Source of the DNA: an uncultured delta proteobacterium
GTDB taxonomy: Bacteria; Desulfobacterota; Desulfobacteria; Desulfobacterales; B30-G6
Assembly: GCA_963823335.1 (NCBI GenBank)
Contig: CAWGLD010000004.1
Span: forward strand, 256,001-320,000
Reading direction: 5' to 3'
DNA length: 64,000 nt
Part shown: positions 28,271 through 38,169 of the stretch, piece by piece
Position numbering within the stretch: the first letter of the stretch is position 1
Layout: each line of letters begins with the position of its first letter
Notes under the pieces: model-generated
Databases searched by the model: none
Told to the model about the DNA's origin: nothing
Seen by the model: the letters and a program-made list of their open reading frames with translations, nothing else
Program-made: the position numbers and the translations under genes

Positions 28271-28957
28271 TTGCTCACCCTTACCGATAAACACATACCC
28301 GGCACCCCATACGGTTTTGATATAGTTCGGCGCTCTGGGGTCGTCTTTCAATTTTTGCCGCAGACGGCTCATGGTGATATCCACGGAACGATTGAATGCT
28401 TCTGAATCCATCCCTCTCAGTTCCTGCAATATCTGATCTCTGTCGAGCACTTTGCCCGCATTTCTCATCAGCAACGCCAGTGCTGTGAACTCGTTGGTGG
28501 TCAAATCCAACAAATCATTGTTCAGACGGGCGCTGCGCCTGGCAAAATCGATCTCCAAAGGACCCAACGATAACTGACGGCTCTCCTCCATGCCGCTTGC
28601 CCGGCGTATCACCGAATGGATGCGGGCCACAAGCTCACGTGGTTCAAAGGGTTTGGACAAGTAGTCATCGGCTCCTAGCTCAAGCCCGACAATCCTGTCG
28701 GTGGTTTCCCCCCTGGCGGTCAGCATGATGATGGGCACGGTATGGGTCTCACGAATGGTTTTACAAACCTGAAACCCATCCATTTCCGGCAACATGATAT
28801 CCAGTATAACCAGATCGGGTGCCTCTTTTTTTAATATTTTAAGACCAAAACTCGGGCGTGTTGCGGTGAGGACGTTAAAACCGAATTCTCCCAAAAACGT
28901 CACCAGTAACCGATTCAGTTTTTTATCGTCGTCAATTATGAGAATCTTATACGTCAT
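28268..28957 (-). CDS. OmpR-family response regulator
   Basis: ILIIDDD, LDIMLP, GADDYLSKPF and winged helix IKTVWGAGY; alternative start at 28969. Confidence 0.93.
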   Translation of the reverse strand: MTYKILIIDDDKKLNRLLVTFLGEFGFNVLTATRPSFGLKILKKEAPDLVILDIMLPEMDGFQVCKTIRETHTVPIIMLTARGETTDRIVGLELGADDYLSKPFEPRELVARIHSVIRRASGMEESRQLSLGPLEIDFARRSARLNNDLLDLTTNEFTALALLMRNAGKVLDRDQILQELRGMDSEAFNRSVDITMSRLRQKLKDDPRAPNYIKTVWGAGYVFIGKGEQ

Positions 28958-28985
28958 GAGTCGTCCCATGATATTACACTATTTC

Positions 28986-29025
28986 TGCTGTTCGGTAAAA
29001 CAGATACCTGCATTACCGAACAGCA
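28986..29025. terminator. 13-bp perfect hairpin abutting repeat family A
   Basis: TGCTGTTCGGTAA/TTACCGAACAGCA. Confidence 0.5.
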
Positions 29026-29107
29026 TTGAAGAACCTCGCAGCAAGCTACGAGGAATGTTCTGCCTTACGGCAGAACCTACGGGGAATGCGCTCGCTGTTT
29101 CGGTTCA
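29026..29107 (+). repeat. Repeat family A, medium form
   Basis: TTGAAGAA-CCTCGCAGCAAGCTACGAGG-AAT-GTTCTGCCTTACGGCAGAAC-CTACGGGG-AATGCGCTCGCTGTTTCGGTTCA. Confidence 0.9.
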
Positions 29108-29142
29108 CCGCTCCATACCGAATATTTAACGGCATATCCGGG

Positions 29143-29586
29143 TTATTGATCCCACTCAGTCTGGTGTCGCTTTTCGAACTTCTCCAGCTTGCTCACCAGT
29201 TTTTCGCGTTGTTCCGGCGACAAGGTCGCGTGAAGCTCCGCTACCCGATCCACGATGAGGTCTATCACGTCATCCATCCCGGCCCGGTGTTCTGCCACGA
29301 GTGCCTTGACGCGAACCGTGTCGATGGTATCTCCGCCCAACTGGGCTTTGAGTTCGTCGTGTATTTTTCTCTTTTCCGAATGCTTGCCCTTGACCTTGGC
29401 CAAGATTTCATCCTTGTAAGAATTGGCCATAGCCTGCTGTGCCTCAGTCAGATCCAGGGCTTCCGCCAGGTAGTCCATCATAAACGCGGCACCCCTTTGG
29501 TGACCCCGGTGCTGACACCCCACGAAAAAGGTCGATCCAACTCCTATAAGTGCAACGACTGCGATGATGGTTAGTTTTCTTAGCAT
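29143..29586 (-). CDS. Spy/CpxP-family (LTxxQ) lipoprotein
   Basis: Lipobox FVGC; LDLTEAQ and LSPEQR motifs. Confidence 0.85.
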   Translation of the reverse strand: MLRKLTIIAVVALIGVGSTFFVGCQHRGHQRGAAFMMDYLAEALDLTEAQQAMANSYKDEILAKVKGKHSEKRKIHDELKAQLGGDTIDTVRVKALVAEHRAGMDDVIDLIVDRVAELHATLSPEQREKLVSKLEKFEKRHQTEWDQ

Positions 29587-29668
29587 AATTACCCCCTTTT
29601 TGTCATCTACCGTTATTGTCGGCGCGGCGCTGATGAACCACTTGTGCCGCGCTGTTGAAGGAAGGGTA

Positions 29669-29730
29669 ATCATATTTTTAGAGAAATGCTTTTCTGTGGG
29701 GTAACAGTTTGTAACAAGATGTAACAGGAG
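29669..29730 (-). promoter_or_regulatory. OmpR/CpxR-type tandem boxes and -10 element
   Basis: GTAACA three times at a 10-bp period (29701, 29711, 29721); TATGAT at 29674-29669. Confidence 0.65.
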
Positions 29731-29796
29731 CATCTGCGGGACGATCAGATCGCAGTTTTTCTCTTCGGCAACCGCCAGGATCACCTAAAATCGATC

Positions 29797-30795
29797 TTAT
29801 GATTTTTTAGCGGACAGGATCCCCGATTCGGTGGGACCACGATAGGGCGTCCGCTGGATATCGCTTAAACCGGCCTGTTTCATCATATCCACAAATTCCT
29901 GTTCCGTATAGGATCTTCCTTCAGGCGTACCCAGAAGCATGTTCATGGAAAAGAGTGTCGGAAACAAAGGGCCGTCTCTGGTATCGTCCAGAATAAAGTC
30001 ATGCAGCAACAACATGCCTCCGGATGTCAGCATCTTTGCAGCCTTTTGGATCATGTTTTGACAATCCGCCGGTCCCTCGCCATGCAGAATATGCGACATC
30101 CAAACGACATCGTGCTGGCCCTGCATCGCTTCCGTGACATAATCGCCCGCCATAAATGAAATGCGCTCGCTCAATCCGAATTGAGCGATGGTTTTTTCCG
30201 CAAAGGGCCTTGTGGTGGGCAGATCAAAGACAACGGCCTGCAACTGCGGATTCTGCAGACAAAAATGAATCGCATAGGTGCCCGGGCCCCCTCCCATATC
30301 CAGCAGGTTTCGATACGCTGACAAATCAATATTCTCAACCAGGTGGGGTGCCTGAAGCATGGCATTGTTGAACATCCCCATGAGAAAGGCTTCACGTACC
30401 GATTCATCATTGAAAGACGAGCGGGTTCGCACCGGCTTGCCGGTGAGAACGGCCTGGTCCAGCTTGGACCAGGATTCCACCAGATGATGGTGATGCAAGA
30501 TCATAAAGCCCAGATAGGCTTTTGAGTCTTTTCGCAAAAACCGTCCGACAGCATTCACGTTGAGATAGGTATTCTCTTTTTTCTCGACAAGCCCCATTGC
30601 CGCAAGGGCGTTGAGCAGACGATCAACGGCGTCGGTATCGGCACCGATTTTCTCCGCAACCGTTTTGCCGTTCATTGCCTCATCGCCGATGGTGGTGAAT
30701 ATGTCCAGTTTTACAGCGGCATGCAGCGTACATGTTTTCCAGTACTGGCCGGAAATTCCCAAAAGTGTGCCTGGATTCCAATTCGGTTTTTCCAT
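29797..30795 (-). CDS. SAM-dependent O-methyltransferase (dimerisation domain plus Methyltransf_2)
   Basis: LHAAVKLDIF, LLDMGGGPG, FDLP and SHILH. Confidence 0.9.
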   Translation of the reverse strand: MEKPNWNPGTLLGISGQYWKTCTLHAAVKLDIFTTIGDEAMNGKTVAEKIGADTDAVDRLLNALAAMGLVEKKENTYLNVNAVGRFLRKDSKAYLGFMILHHHHLVESWSKLDQAVLTGKPVRTRSSFNDESVREAFLMGMFNNAMLQAPHLVENIDLSAYRNLLDMGGGPGTYAIHFCLQNPQLQAVVFDLPTTRPFAEKTIAQFGLSERISFMAGDYVTEAMQGQHDVVWMSHILHGEGPADCQNMIQKAAKMLTSGGMLLLHDFILDDTRDGPLFPTLFSMNMLLGTPEGRSYTEQEFVDMMKQAGLSDIQRTPYRGPTESGILSAKKS

Positions 30796-30821
30796 GTTGC
30801 CCCCTGATAATGTTGAAACAA

Positions 30822-32720
30822 TCACAGCAATTCCTCTACCCAGTCAAGACCTAACTCAATCAATTTCCCATGACGGGGTCGGCCGGTTTCAGGATCACAA
30901 TTGATCATCTCGTAGTACAAAGCAATGGCCTTATCAAAGTCATCCTCTTCAAATATCTGCTTGCCGGAACCTGGGCCATCGGGCTTCGGATTGAAGAGCC
31001 GCTTTGGCAGCCGATCATCTTTAATTGTAAATCCCTCGCGGCTGTTAAATGCACGCGCCAGCATGGAACCTCTCTCGGCAGCTGTCAACAGTTCATCAAT
31101 ATTTGTATTCCATCCTGTTATCGCATTTAGGGATTGAACCATGACACCCAGCGGTATTACACCCCGTGGGGCATAGCCAAACACGCAGAGTCCCAATGCG
31201 TCCATCATCCGCCACAGTTTTTCCAACTGCATGTAGCTCCGAACTTTTTCATCTGTAATCTCCGTGGCAGACACGGCCTTGTCAATTCCCAGTGCTTTTA
31301 CTGATTTAAACGAAAAGGAGTTTTCATCGATCAAAACAGGATCATGGGCGGCAGTCATATGATCCGCTCCGTAGGTACTGACCGCAAAACCGATCCCCAC
31401 ACCGACCTTCACACGCGGGTCATGCATGGAAAGTTCCTGGCCTTTGACCGAGAGGTTACAGGACTGATCCTCTACCCCCCATTTCTTTGCCAGACGCGCA
31501 GACCCGTTTGCCAGAACATCACCAAACCCCTCACGTTTGGCAATCATTTCCAGAAGCGCTATCATCAGATCTGCATCACCGAAGCGCAACTGCAGGCCTC
31601 CCGTATCTTCCTTGGAAATAATACCTTCCTGGAAACACTCGCAGGCCAGGGCGATTGTCATCCCGGCACTGATGGTATCCATGCAGTAGCGGTTGCAGAT
31701 TTCATTTCCCTTTGCAATCGCTTTTAGATCCACAATGTTTAGATTTGTACCCAGAGCTGAAATGGTTTCGTATTCAGGTCCTCCATAACGCGAATCGATA
31801 CCATATTTGGGGTCATCCAGAGCGATCCCTCTTTTGCATTGAATCGGACATCTGTAACAGCCTTTTCTCTTTTGAAGTAATAGCTTGTTATAGGTATCGC
31901 CGCTGACGGGTGAGGGATCGTCCAACGCGCTGCGCCGGAAGTTGTCGACCGGCAAAGCCCCTGCATCGGACAGTATTTTGGCAAATGCTGTGGTGCCATA
32001 GGTATACAGTGCTTCGCCCAGGGGATTGTCGCGAAAGGTTGTGGCATATTGCTTGGCTTTCCGACGAAGGAATTCCCGGTTGAAAAAGTTGATTTTATCA
32101 GAACCCAGGGCCGCAACCGCCCGTATGTTTTTCGATCCCATCAGGGCACCGAATCCGTTGCGACCGTTAAAATGGCCGAGATTGTTGGTAATGTTAGCAA
32201 ATAGAACTCGGTTGATACCGGCAAGACCTGTTTGGGCCACCCTGATTTTACTGTTGCCCAATTCATCCCGGATAGCGTCCTCAACTTCTTTTGCACCCAA
32301 TCGATAAATATGGGTTGCATCTTTAATTTCGGCCTTGCCGTCATGTATCCATAGATACACAGGTGTTTCGGACCGTCCCCGAAACACAACGGCGTCAAAC
32401 CCGGTCTTTTTGAGCTCGGGTCCGAAAAAGCCGGCGGCTTCCGACTCTGCTGCAGTTCCCGTAAGTGGAGATTTTCCAACCACAGCAAATCGACAGGAGG
32501 CTGCAAGCGGGGACCCCGTCATGACGCCGGTTGCCATCACGAGAATATTCTCCGGTGACATGGGGTCGGTCCGGGGCGGCACCAGTTTCATCAGGTAGTG
32601 GTAACCAATTCCCCTGCCGCCCAGGTAGCTCCGATAAAACGACGTGTCCGGTTCTTCTACCTCGATACTGTGATTGGTTAAATCTATGTGCAGTATTTTA
32701 CCGGTGTAGCCATAATTCAT
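30822..32720 (-). CDS. Aldehyde:ferredoxin oxidoreductase family protein (W/Mo-pterin, 4Fe-4S)
   Basis: GYTGKIL, KSPLTG, GRNGFGALMGSKN, CYRCPIQC, GPEYET and DTIS. Confidence 0.93.
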   Translation of the reverse strand: MNYGYTGKILHIDLTNHSIEVEEPDTSFYRSYLGGRGIGYHYLMKLVPPRTDPMSPENILVMATGVMTGSPLAASCRFAVVGKSPLTGTAAESEAAGFFGPELKKTGFDAVVFRGRSETPVYLWIHDGKAEIKDATHIYRLGAKEVEDAIRDELGNSKIRVAQTGLAGINRVLFANITNNLGHFNGRNGFGALMGSKNIRAVAALGSDKINFFNREFLRRKAKQYATTFRDNPLGEALYTYGTTAFAKILSDAGALPVDNFRRSALDDPSPVSGDTYNKLLLQKRKGCYRCPIQCKRGIALDDPKYGIDSRYGGPEYETISALGTNLNIVDLKAIAKGNEICNRYCMDTISAGMTIALACECFQEGIISKEDTGGLQLRFGDADLMIALLEMIAKREGFGDVLANGSARLAKKWGVEDQSCNLSVKGQELSMHDPRVKVGVGIGFAVSTYGADHMTAAHDPVLIDENSFSFKSVKALGIDKAVSATEITDEKVRSYMQLEKLWRMMDALGLCVFGYAPRGVIPLGVMVQSLNAITGWNTNIDELLTAAERGSMLARAFNSREGFTIKDDRLPKRLFNPKPDGPGSGKQIFEEDDFDKAIALYYEMINCDPETGRPRHGKLIELGLDWVEELL

Positions 32721-32920
32721 CGATATTCTCCACATGAAAAGTAAATGTCGTGTATCTCATTTCCAAATCCAAAATGTTATATGCAAGTGTACCCAAAATT
32801 TTGCGGCCAGTCAAAATGAAATTTGGGTGTCGATATCGTGTCAATATCCAACGTTCCCTTTTCCCTTGTTGTGATATTATTGCTGTGGAATCTTCTTTTC
32901 GGAGTAACCGGAACGTTATT

Positions 32921-32949
32921 TTGACAAATGTTATAACAAAACATATATT
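32921..32949 (+). promoter_or_regulatory. sigma70 promoter with a palindromic operator in the spacer
   Basis: TTGACA-17 bp-TATATT; TGTTATAACA palindrome at 32929-32938. Confidence 0.65.
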
Positions 32950-32996
32950 GAGCAATATCATGAAGATCACAAATACGATATCACATCGTTGTCGCA

Positions 32997-33063
32997 TGAA
33001 CCGAAAAAGCGAGCACATTCCTCGTAGGTTCTGCCGTTCGGCAGTGCTTCGCATCCTGCGCGG
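32997..33063 (-). repeat. Repeat family A, inverted partial copy
   Basis: Minus strand: ..ATGCGAAGCACTGCCGAACGGCAGAACCTACGAGGAATGTGCTCGCTTTTTCGGTTCA. Confidence 0.88.
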
Positions 33064-33087
33064 TTCTCTAATCGAAAGGAGCTACTC

Positions 33088-33639
33088 ATGGGAAAAAATG
33101 TATTGGTACCGGTTGCCGACGGCACCGAGGATCTGGAGGCCGTGGCAATTATCGATGTGCTGCGCCGGGCCGATGCCAAGGTAACGGTCGCATCGGTTAC
33201 TGGAAATCGGCAGGTTACCTTCTCCCGGGGGATGGTGATCACGGCCGACACCCTGTTGGAAAATTGCTTGAATCATGAATATGACCTGGTGGTGCTGCCC
33301 GGCGGTATCCCCGGCGCCGAAAACCTGCGGGATTCCGCTGATCTGGTCAAATTGCTGAAGCGGCAGCGGGAAACAGGCCTGCTCTATGGCGCCATCTGCG
33401 CCAGCCCGGCCGTAATTCTGGAACACCATGGATTACTGGAAGGGCGCCAGGCCACCTGTCATCCAGCATTTGTAGAACAACTCACCAATAAAGACCGCGC
33501 AGCATCCCGTGTGGTGGTGGACGGAAACTGCATTACCAGCCAGGGCGCCGGCACAGCCGTGGAATTTTCACTTGCCCTTGTGGAACAGCTCTACGGCAAG
33601 GAAAAGCGGGATGAGGTGGCGGTTGGTATGGCTCTTTAG
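33088..33639 (+). CDS. DJ-1/YajL/ThiJ-family glyoxalase/deglycase
   Basis: DGTEDLEA..DVLRRA, LPGGIPGA, AICASP and TSQGAGT. Confidence 0.93.
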   Translation: MGKNVLVPVADGTEDLEAVAIIDVLRRADAKVTVASVTGNRQVTFSRGMVITADTLLENCLNHEYDLVVLPGGIPGAENLRDSADLVKLLKRQRETGLLYGAICASPAVILEHHGLLEGRQATCHPAFVEQLTNKDRAASRVVVDGNCITSQGAGTAVEFSLALVEQLYGKEKRDEVAVGMAL

Positions 33640-34655
33640 CCCGGGTCGGATACCTGCACGATAAGCTTGCCCTTGTTGGAGCCGTCGAACAACATGTTGA
33701 TGGCCTGGGGCGCCTTCTCCAGCCCCTCCACCAAATGGACCCGGTATTGAATTTTTCCCTGGGCAAGCCATTTCCCCAGGTCTGCAACGGCCTCCTGGAT
33801 TCGATCCAGGTAATCGCCGATAACAAAGCCCTGAACCCGTACCCGCTGGGTAAGAACACTGCTGAAATGATAGGGTCCCGGTGCGGGTTTTTGAGCGTTG
33901 TACTGGGATATCAGACCACAAATAACGATGCGTGCCTTGACATTGATCAGGGCCAGAACGCTGTCCAGTATGGCGCCGCCGACATTGTCGAAAAAGACAT
34001 CGATGCCACGGGGACAGTGCGTCTTTAACTGCCCCCTGACATCCTCTGTCTTGTAGTTGATGGCGGCATCAAAACCGAGGGTTTCTGTAATCCAGGAACA
34101 CTTTTCGTCGGAACCGGCAATACCTACCACACGGCAGCCCTTTATTTTTCCGATCTGTCCGACGATGGACCCCACGGCCCCTGCTGCCGCCGACACCACT
34201 AGGGTGTCTCCGGCTTTTGGTTTGCCGACGTCCAGAAGTCCGAAATAGGCCGTCGGCCCCACCATGCCTAACAGCCCCAGGTAGGCTGTCAGATCAGGAA
34301 CTCCGTCCTTGGGCAGACGTGCCAGCCCCGTACCGTCCGAAAGGGCATACGCCTGCCACCCCAGCATGCCCTGAACCAGATCCCCGGTTTTGAATTTGGG
34401 ATGCTTGGACTGCTCCACGACCCCGAGGGCGATACCCCTCATCACCTCGCCGAGGGCCACCGGCGGCATGTAGGACTTGACATCCATAACCCACCCACGA
34501 GCAGCCGGATCCAGTGACAGATAGATGATCCGTATAAGTAGCTCTCCATCACCCGGAAACGGCAAGGCTTCTTCACGCCATTCAAAGTCGGATTCCTTTA
34601 TAAGCCCCACGGGCCGGGAAACCAGACACCATTGTTGATTAACATTCGCTTTCAT
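33636..34655 (-). CDS. NADP-dependent alkenal/one oxidoreductase (CurA/PTGR family)
   Basis: YLSLDP, TAYFGL, SAAAGAVGS and DNVGG. Confidence 0.92.
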   Translation of the reverse strand: MKANVNQQWCLVSRPVGLIKESDFEWREEALPFPGDGELLIRIIYLSLDPAARGWVMDVKSYMPPVALGEVMRGIALGVVEQSKHPKFKTGDLVQGMLGWQAYALSDGTGLARLPKDGVPDLTAYLGLLGMVGPTAYFGLLDVGKPKAGDTLVVSAAAGAVGSIVGQIGKIKGCRVVGIAGSDEKCSWITETLGFDAAINYKTEDVRGQLKTHCPRGIDVFFDNVGGAILDSVLALINVKARIVICGLISQYNAQKPAPGPYHFSSVLTQRVRVQGFVIGDYLDRIQEAVADLGKWLAQGKIQYRVHLVEGLEKAPQAINMLFDGSNKGKLIVQVSDPG

Positions 34656-34690
34656 GTGTCACCTCCTTTAAGAGATAAACTCTTTTTTAG

Positions 34691-34840
34691 TCTTTTAGGC
34701 GTTTAGACTGTAGGCTGTTAGGTGCCTATTGCTGAGCGCTTTCAGCAACTCTTGTATGCTGTGACGATGGGATGCTGCTGTCCGCTCATAGCTGTCAGCT
34801 ACCCTCGAACTCTCGTATCACCCTCGGACCCTCCAACCCT
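34691..34840. repeat. Stacked short-period arrays ending in a 40-bp ACCCT-type element (34801-34840)
   Basis: TAGGC/TAGAC units, GCT-type heptamers, then ACCCTCGAACTCTCGTATCACCCTCGGACCCTCCAACCCT. Confidence 0.65.
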
Positions 34841-35461
34841 TCATTCCCCACCCGACCTGCCAATCCGGGCACAGATTTCCACCGCCAGGGCAAAGACGAC
34901 GTCCAGGGCAAAAAATCTGCAAACCGATCGATCGAACAGCATGCGGGCCTCCGGGGGAAAGTCGTCATCACCCTGCCAGTACAGCACCACCACCGGTAGT
35001 CGCCCGGTGATTTGAAACCGAAAGGCTGCATCGCCCATTTCGACAGGTTCTCCGTGCAGAGCCCTGCATCGGCGACCAAAAGCCGCAATATCGTTCTGGT
35101 AGGTCCGGGTTATCAGATCGGTTGGGATAGCATGCGGGCCCCGAAAAAAGGTGGGTCCCCCGGGAATATCCTTTTCGGAAATCCACTCATCCTCAATGGC
35201 CGTTTCTGCAGTGGTCAATAGATAATGGATAATGAAAATCGATAAATACTCATGAACCACAAGCGAGTCCTTGCCCTGGCGTTGAATTCGATGCCCATGG
35301 GGATAAATGTTATAGACATCCCCCCAAACTTCCAATTCGTAGCAGTCCCTGTCATAATTGTAACGGCATCCTGCCTGCCGGCAGACATTTTCGGGATTCT
35401 TTTCTGCCAGTTCTTCGTAATGTATCGGTGCTATTAGGTCGGCCACGGTCTTTCCTTTCAC
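34841..35461 (-). CDS. DUF3786-domain protein
   Basis: IIHYLL..EWISEKDIPGG..FFRGPH..GDAAF..GDDDFPPEA..LFD. Confidence 0.85.
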   Translation of the reverse strand: MKGKTVADLIAPIHYEELAEKNPENVCRQAGCRYNYDRDCYELEVWGDVYNIYPHGHRIQRQGKDSLVVHEYLSIFIIHYLLTTAETAIEDEWISEKDIPGGPTFFRGPHAIPTDLITRTYQNDIAAFGRRCRALHGEPVEMGDAAFRFQITGRLPVVVLYWQGDDDFPPEARMLFDRSVCRFFALDVVFALAVEICARIGRSGGE

Positions 35462-36906
35462 TTCCCGGACCCCTGGTCAAGAAATCCCGCCAGTGTTTCC
35501 CGGTCATACCACCTTCCGGCAGCCATGACACCCCTGATCTTACGGGTGTTGGCCACATCTTCCAGAGGATTTTGTTCCAGCAGTATAAAATCCGCTCTTT
35601 TTCCGGGCAGGATGACGCCAAAATTATCCTGCCCGGTCATTCGCTCAACAACCCTTGAAGCAACAACGGTTCCCGCAGCAATGGCTTCATAAGGTGTAAA
35701 ACCGTTTTCCACCAGGATTTCAAGCTCATCATGCAGAGAAAAACCCGGTACGACGCCCATGCCACCTGTTCCGGCATCCGTGGACAGCAGCAAGGGCAAG
35801 CCGCTCCTTTTCAAACAGGTCAGCAGTTTTTTATCCAGCGCGTACTTGAAAGGTGCAAACACCTCGCCCCCCTTGAACTGCCGCTGGTGTTTCTCCGTCC
35901 CTGCCAAAAAGCGTTCCCGGTAACCATTCGGCATATATCGGAGTTCCGGCTTCTGCAGAAAAAGATCCGGTGCCGACAGTTTCTGCACGAGAACATCATC
36001 CACCACCAGCGTGGTGCAGACAGGAATGTCTCTGCCCTTGAGCTTGCTCACTACCGATGCAACCATTTCATCGATCTTCAGGTCTCTTTCCTGCGGCTTG
36101 AGTGCGAGATAGGGTTCAAACTGATGAAAGGTTTGCTGGATGACATAGGCCATCCACTCTCCTTCGCTTTCAAAATAGCGCCGGCGATCGAAATCGGAGA
36201 ACTCCCACAACAACTCTTCGATATGGGCAATTTCATCCATGCCCTCAGCCAGGACACCGTCCAGCCCCACCTGAAACGGAATGTGGCCGGCCGTATAAAA
36301 ACCGAGTTTTTTGGCCGTCGACAAGATCGCATGGTACTCATCCCTGGTAACATAGGAATAAATCTTAATGAAGTCAAAATGCCGGTATCTCTGGCTGATG
36401 ACAATATTTTCGGGGTTGTTTTTGAAATGACCACGCAACTGCGGGCCACAGGTCAAAATACTGGGCCCGGCAAGACGCCCCGCATCAATTTCCTTCCGCC
36501 ATGTAAGACCATATTGACCGGACGTCCCCATCGGTCCGAAGCAGCGGATCGTGGTGACACCATTGGCGAGATAAAGCTTCAAGGGAGACACCGGCCAGGC
36601 ATCGCTCATCCAGTTGTATCGCAGATGCATGTGCATGTCCGCCAGACCCGGTATCAGGTACCTGTGGCCGCAATCGATCACCCTTGCATTCTGCGGCACG
36701 GCTGTCTGACTACCAGGACCAACGGCGATGATCTGTTTCCCCCGGACCATAACGGTTTGATCGGGCAGAACGGTTTCGCTGGTCATGGGTATCAAATTGG
36801 CATGGATGAATACAGTTGGATCGTTTTCCTGGGCGGCAATACCTTCAGTAAAGAAAATCCAGGCAACCCATAGGACCATGATTTTCAGAATACGCCTGTA
36901 TTTCAT
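35458..36906 (-). CDS. Exported amidohydrolase-family protein
   Basis: Signal peptide; PGLADMHMH, NGVTTIR, STDAG and GKRADFILL. Confidence 0.9.
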   Translation of the reverse strand: MKYRRILKIMVLWVAWIFFTEGIAAQENDPTVFIHANLIPMTSETVLPDQTVMVRGKQIIAVGPGSQTAVPQNARVIDCGHRYLIPGLADMHMHLRYNWMSDAWPVSPLKLYLANGVTTIRCFGPMGTSGQYGLTWRKEIDAGRLAGPSILTCGPQLRGHFKNNPENIVISQRYRHFDFIKIYSYVTRDEYHAILSTAKKLGFYTAGHIPFQVGLDGVLAEGMDEIAHIEELLWEFSDFDRRRYFESEGEWMAYVIQQTFHQFEPYLALKPQERDLKIDEMVASVVSKLKGRDIPVCTTLVVDDVLVQKLSAPDLFLQKPELRYMPNGYRERFLAGTEKHQRQFKGGEVFAPFKYALDKKLLTCLKRSGLPLLLSTDAGTGGMGVVPGFSLHDELEILVENGFTPYEAIAAGTVVASRVVERMTGQDNFGVILPGKRADFILLEQNPLEDVANTRKIRGVMAAGRWYDRETLAGFLDQGSGK

Positions 36907-36994
36907 GATTGATTTTCCTTTCAGGATCAAACCTTAAAAGCTTCTACTGCCAGAGGTAGTTAAATAATGATGTTATCCAAGTCGAAAATAAGGA

Positions 36995-37314
36995 ATGTCG
37001 AATATCGAACAAGAAACCGCAGAATAATGAAGGGTATTCTTTGATCTTGGATGACCCTATTTCTTCCCGCAATGGTTTAAGACATACTGACTTGGGACCT
37101 GGGAAATCTGAAATCTGTCAGTTACCCTCGAACCCTACAATCTTTGTTGCTTTGTTCATTGTGTTCTTTGGGTTTATTGTGTTGCTTAATGCCGTCGGTA
37201 TATGGCCTTCAACATGTTTCCGTTTCGTCAACCCAATGAACCCAAGAAACTCAATAAACTCAATGAACTCTATTCCCTTCCAACCCTTGTATCACCCTCG
37301 GACCCTTAGACCCT
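36995..37314. repeat. Stacked short-period arrays: heptamers, an inverted 9-mer array and an ACCCT-type element
   Basis: 9-mer left arm at 37154-37183, right arm AACCCAATG/AACCCAAGA/AACTCAATA/AACTCAATG at 37230-37270; ACCCT element at 37275-37314. Confidence 0.7.
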
Positions 37315-38084
37315 AAACGTTTCCCATGCCGCCCCTCACCCCTGGAAAACCTGGCAGCGCCCTGAAAGGTTTCACCCTGCTGGATCGTACCCATACCGTG
37401 TTTGAATTCGTTTTGTATGGCCGCTTGAAACGTCAGCCCCCACTGCTCGTAGACACTCAAACGATCACTGCGCATGCAGGCCTGTGGGAATTCGGAAATT
37501 TCTTTGGCAAGTTTCTCGGCGGCAGACCGTGCTTCGCCCTGGGGTACGACCCGGTTGACCAGGCCGATGGCTTTGGCTTCGGCAGCTTCCACCGGTCGTC
37601 CGGTGAGGATAAGATCCAGGGCATGACCCATACCGATCAGACGCGGCAATCGTATGGTACCGCCATCGATCAGCGGCACGCCAAATCGTCGGCAGAAAAC
37701 ACCCAGAACGGCTGTCTCCTCCATGACGCGCATATCACACCACAAGGCGAGTTCGAGCCCGCCGGCCACAGCATGGCCCGCAATGGCTGCAATGACGGGT
37801 TTTTGCATCATCATTCGACTGGGCCCCATGGGCCCGTCTCCATCGGGAGCAAGGCGATTCCTCCGCCGGCTGTCCTGGCTGGCTACCGCCTTAAGATCGG
37901 CGCCCGCACAAAATGTATTACCCGCGCCGCACAACACAGCCACCGTAAACGCATCGTCTTCATCGAACGCCCTGAATGCATCCGCCAGTGCCGATGCCGT
38001 GGGGCCATCCACGGCGTTTTTCGCTTCAGGTCGATTGATAACCACCGTGAAGATCGTGTCACGTGTTTCAATACGAATTGACAT
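37260..38084 (-). CDS. Enoyl-CoA hydratase/crotonase-family protein; the C-terminal tail is repeat-derived
   Basis: NRPEAKNAVD, FCAGADL, AGGLELALWCD and GVPLIDGG. Confidence 0.92.
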   Translation of the reverse strand: MSIRIETRDTIFTVVINRPEAKNAVDGPTASALADAFRAFDEDDAFTVAVLCGAGNTFCAGADLKAVASQDSRRRNRLAPDGDGPMGPSRMMMQKPVIAAIAGHAVAGGLELALWCDMRVMEETAVLGVFCRRFGVPLIDGGTIRLPRLIGMGHALDLILTGRPVEAAEAKAIGLVNRVVPQGEARSAAEKLAKEISEFPQACMRSDRLSVYEQWGLTFQAAIQNEFKHGMGTIQQGETFQGAARFSRGEGRHGKRLGSKGPRVIQGLEGNRVH

Positions 38085-38169
38085 ACTGCCTCCCCTCAGC
38101 AAATGGCAGGTTCGAAAGAATCGAGTTTCGATAACAACAAAGCCACGTAACGATCCTGCCACGAAAGTT

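Noticed and set aside
32782-32796. sigma54 promoter for the aldehyde oxidoreductase (TGGGTACACTTGCA)
   Set aside because: The GG-to-GC spacing is 8, not the required 10.
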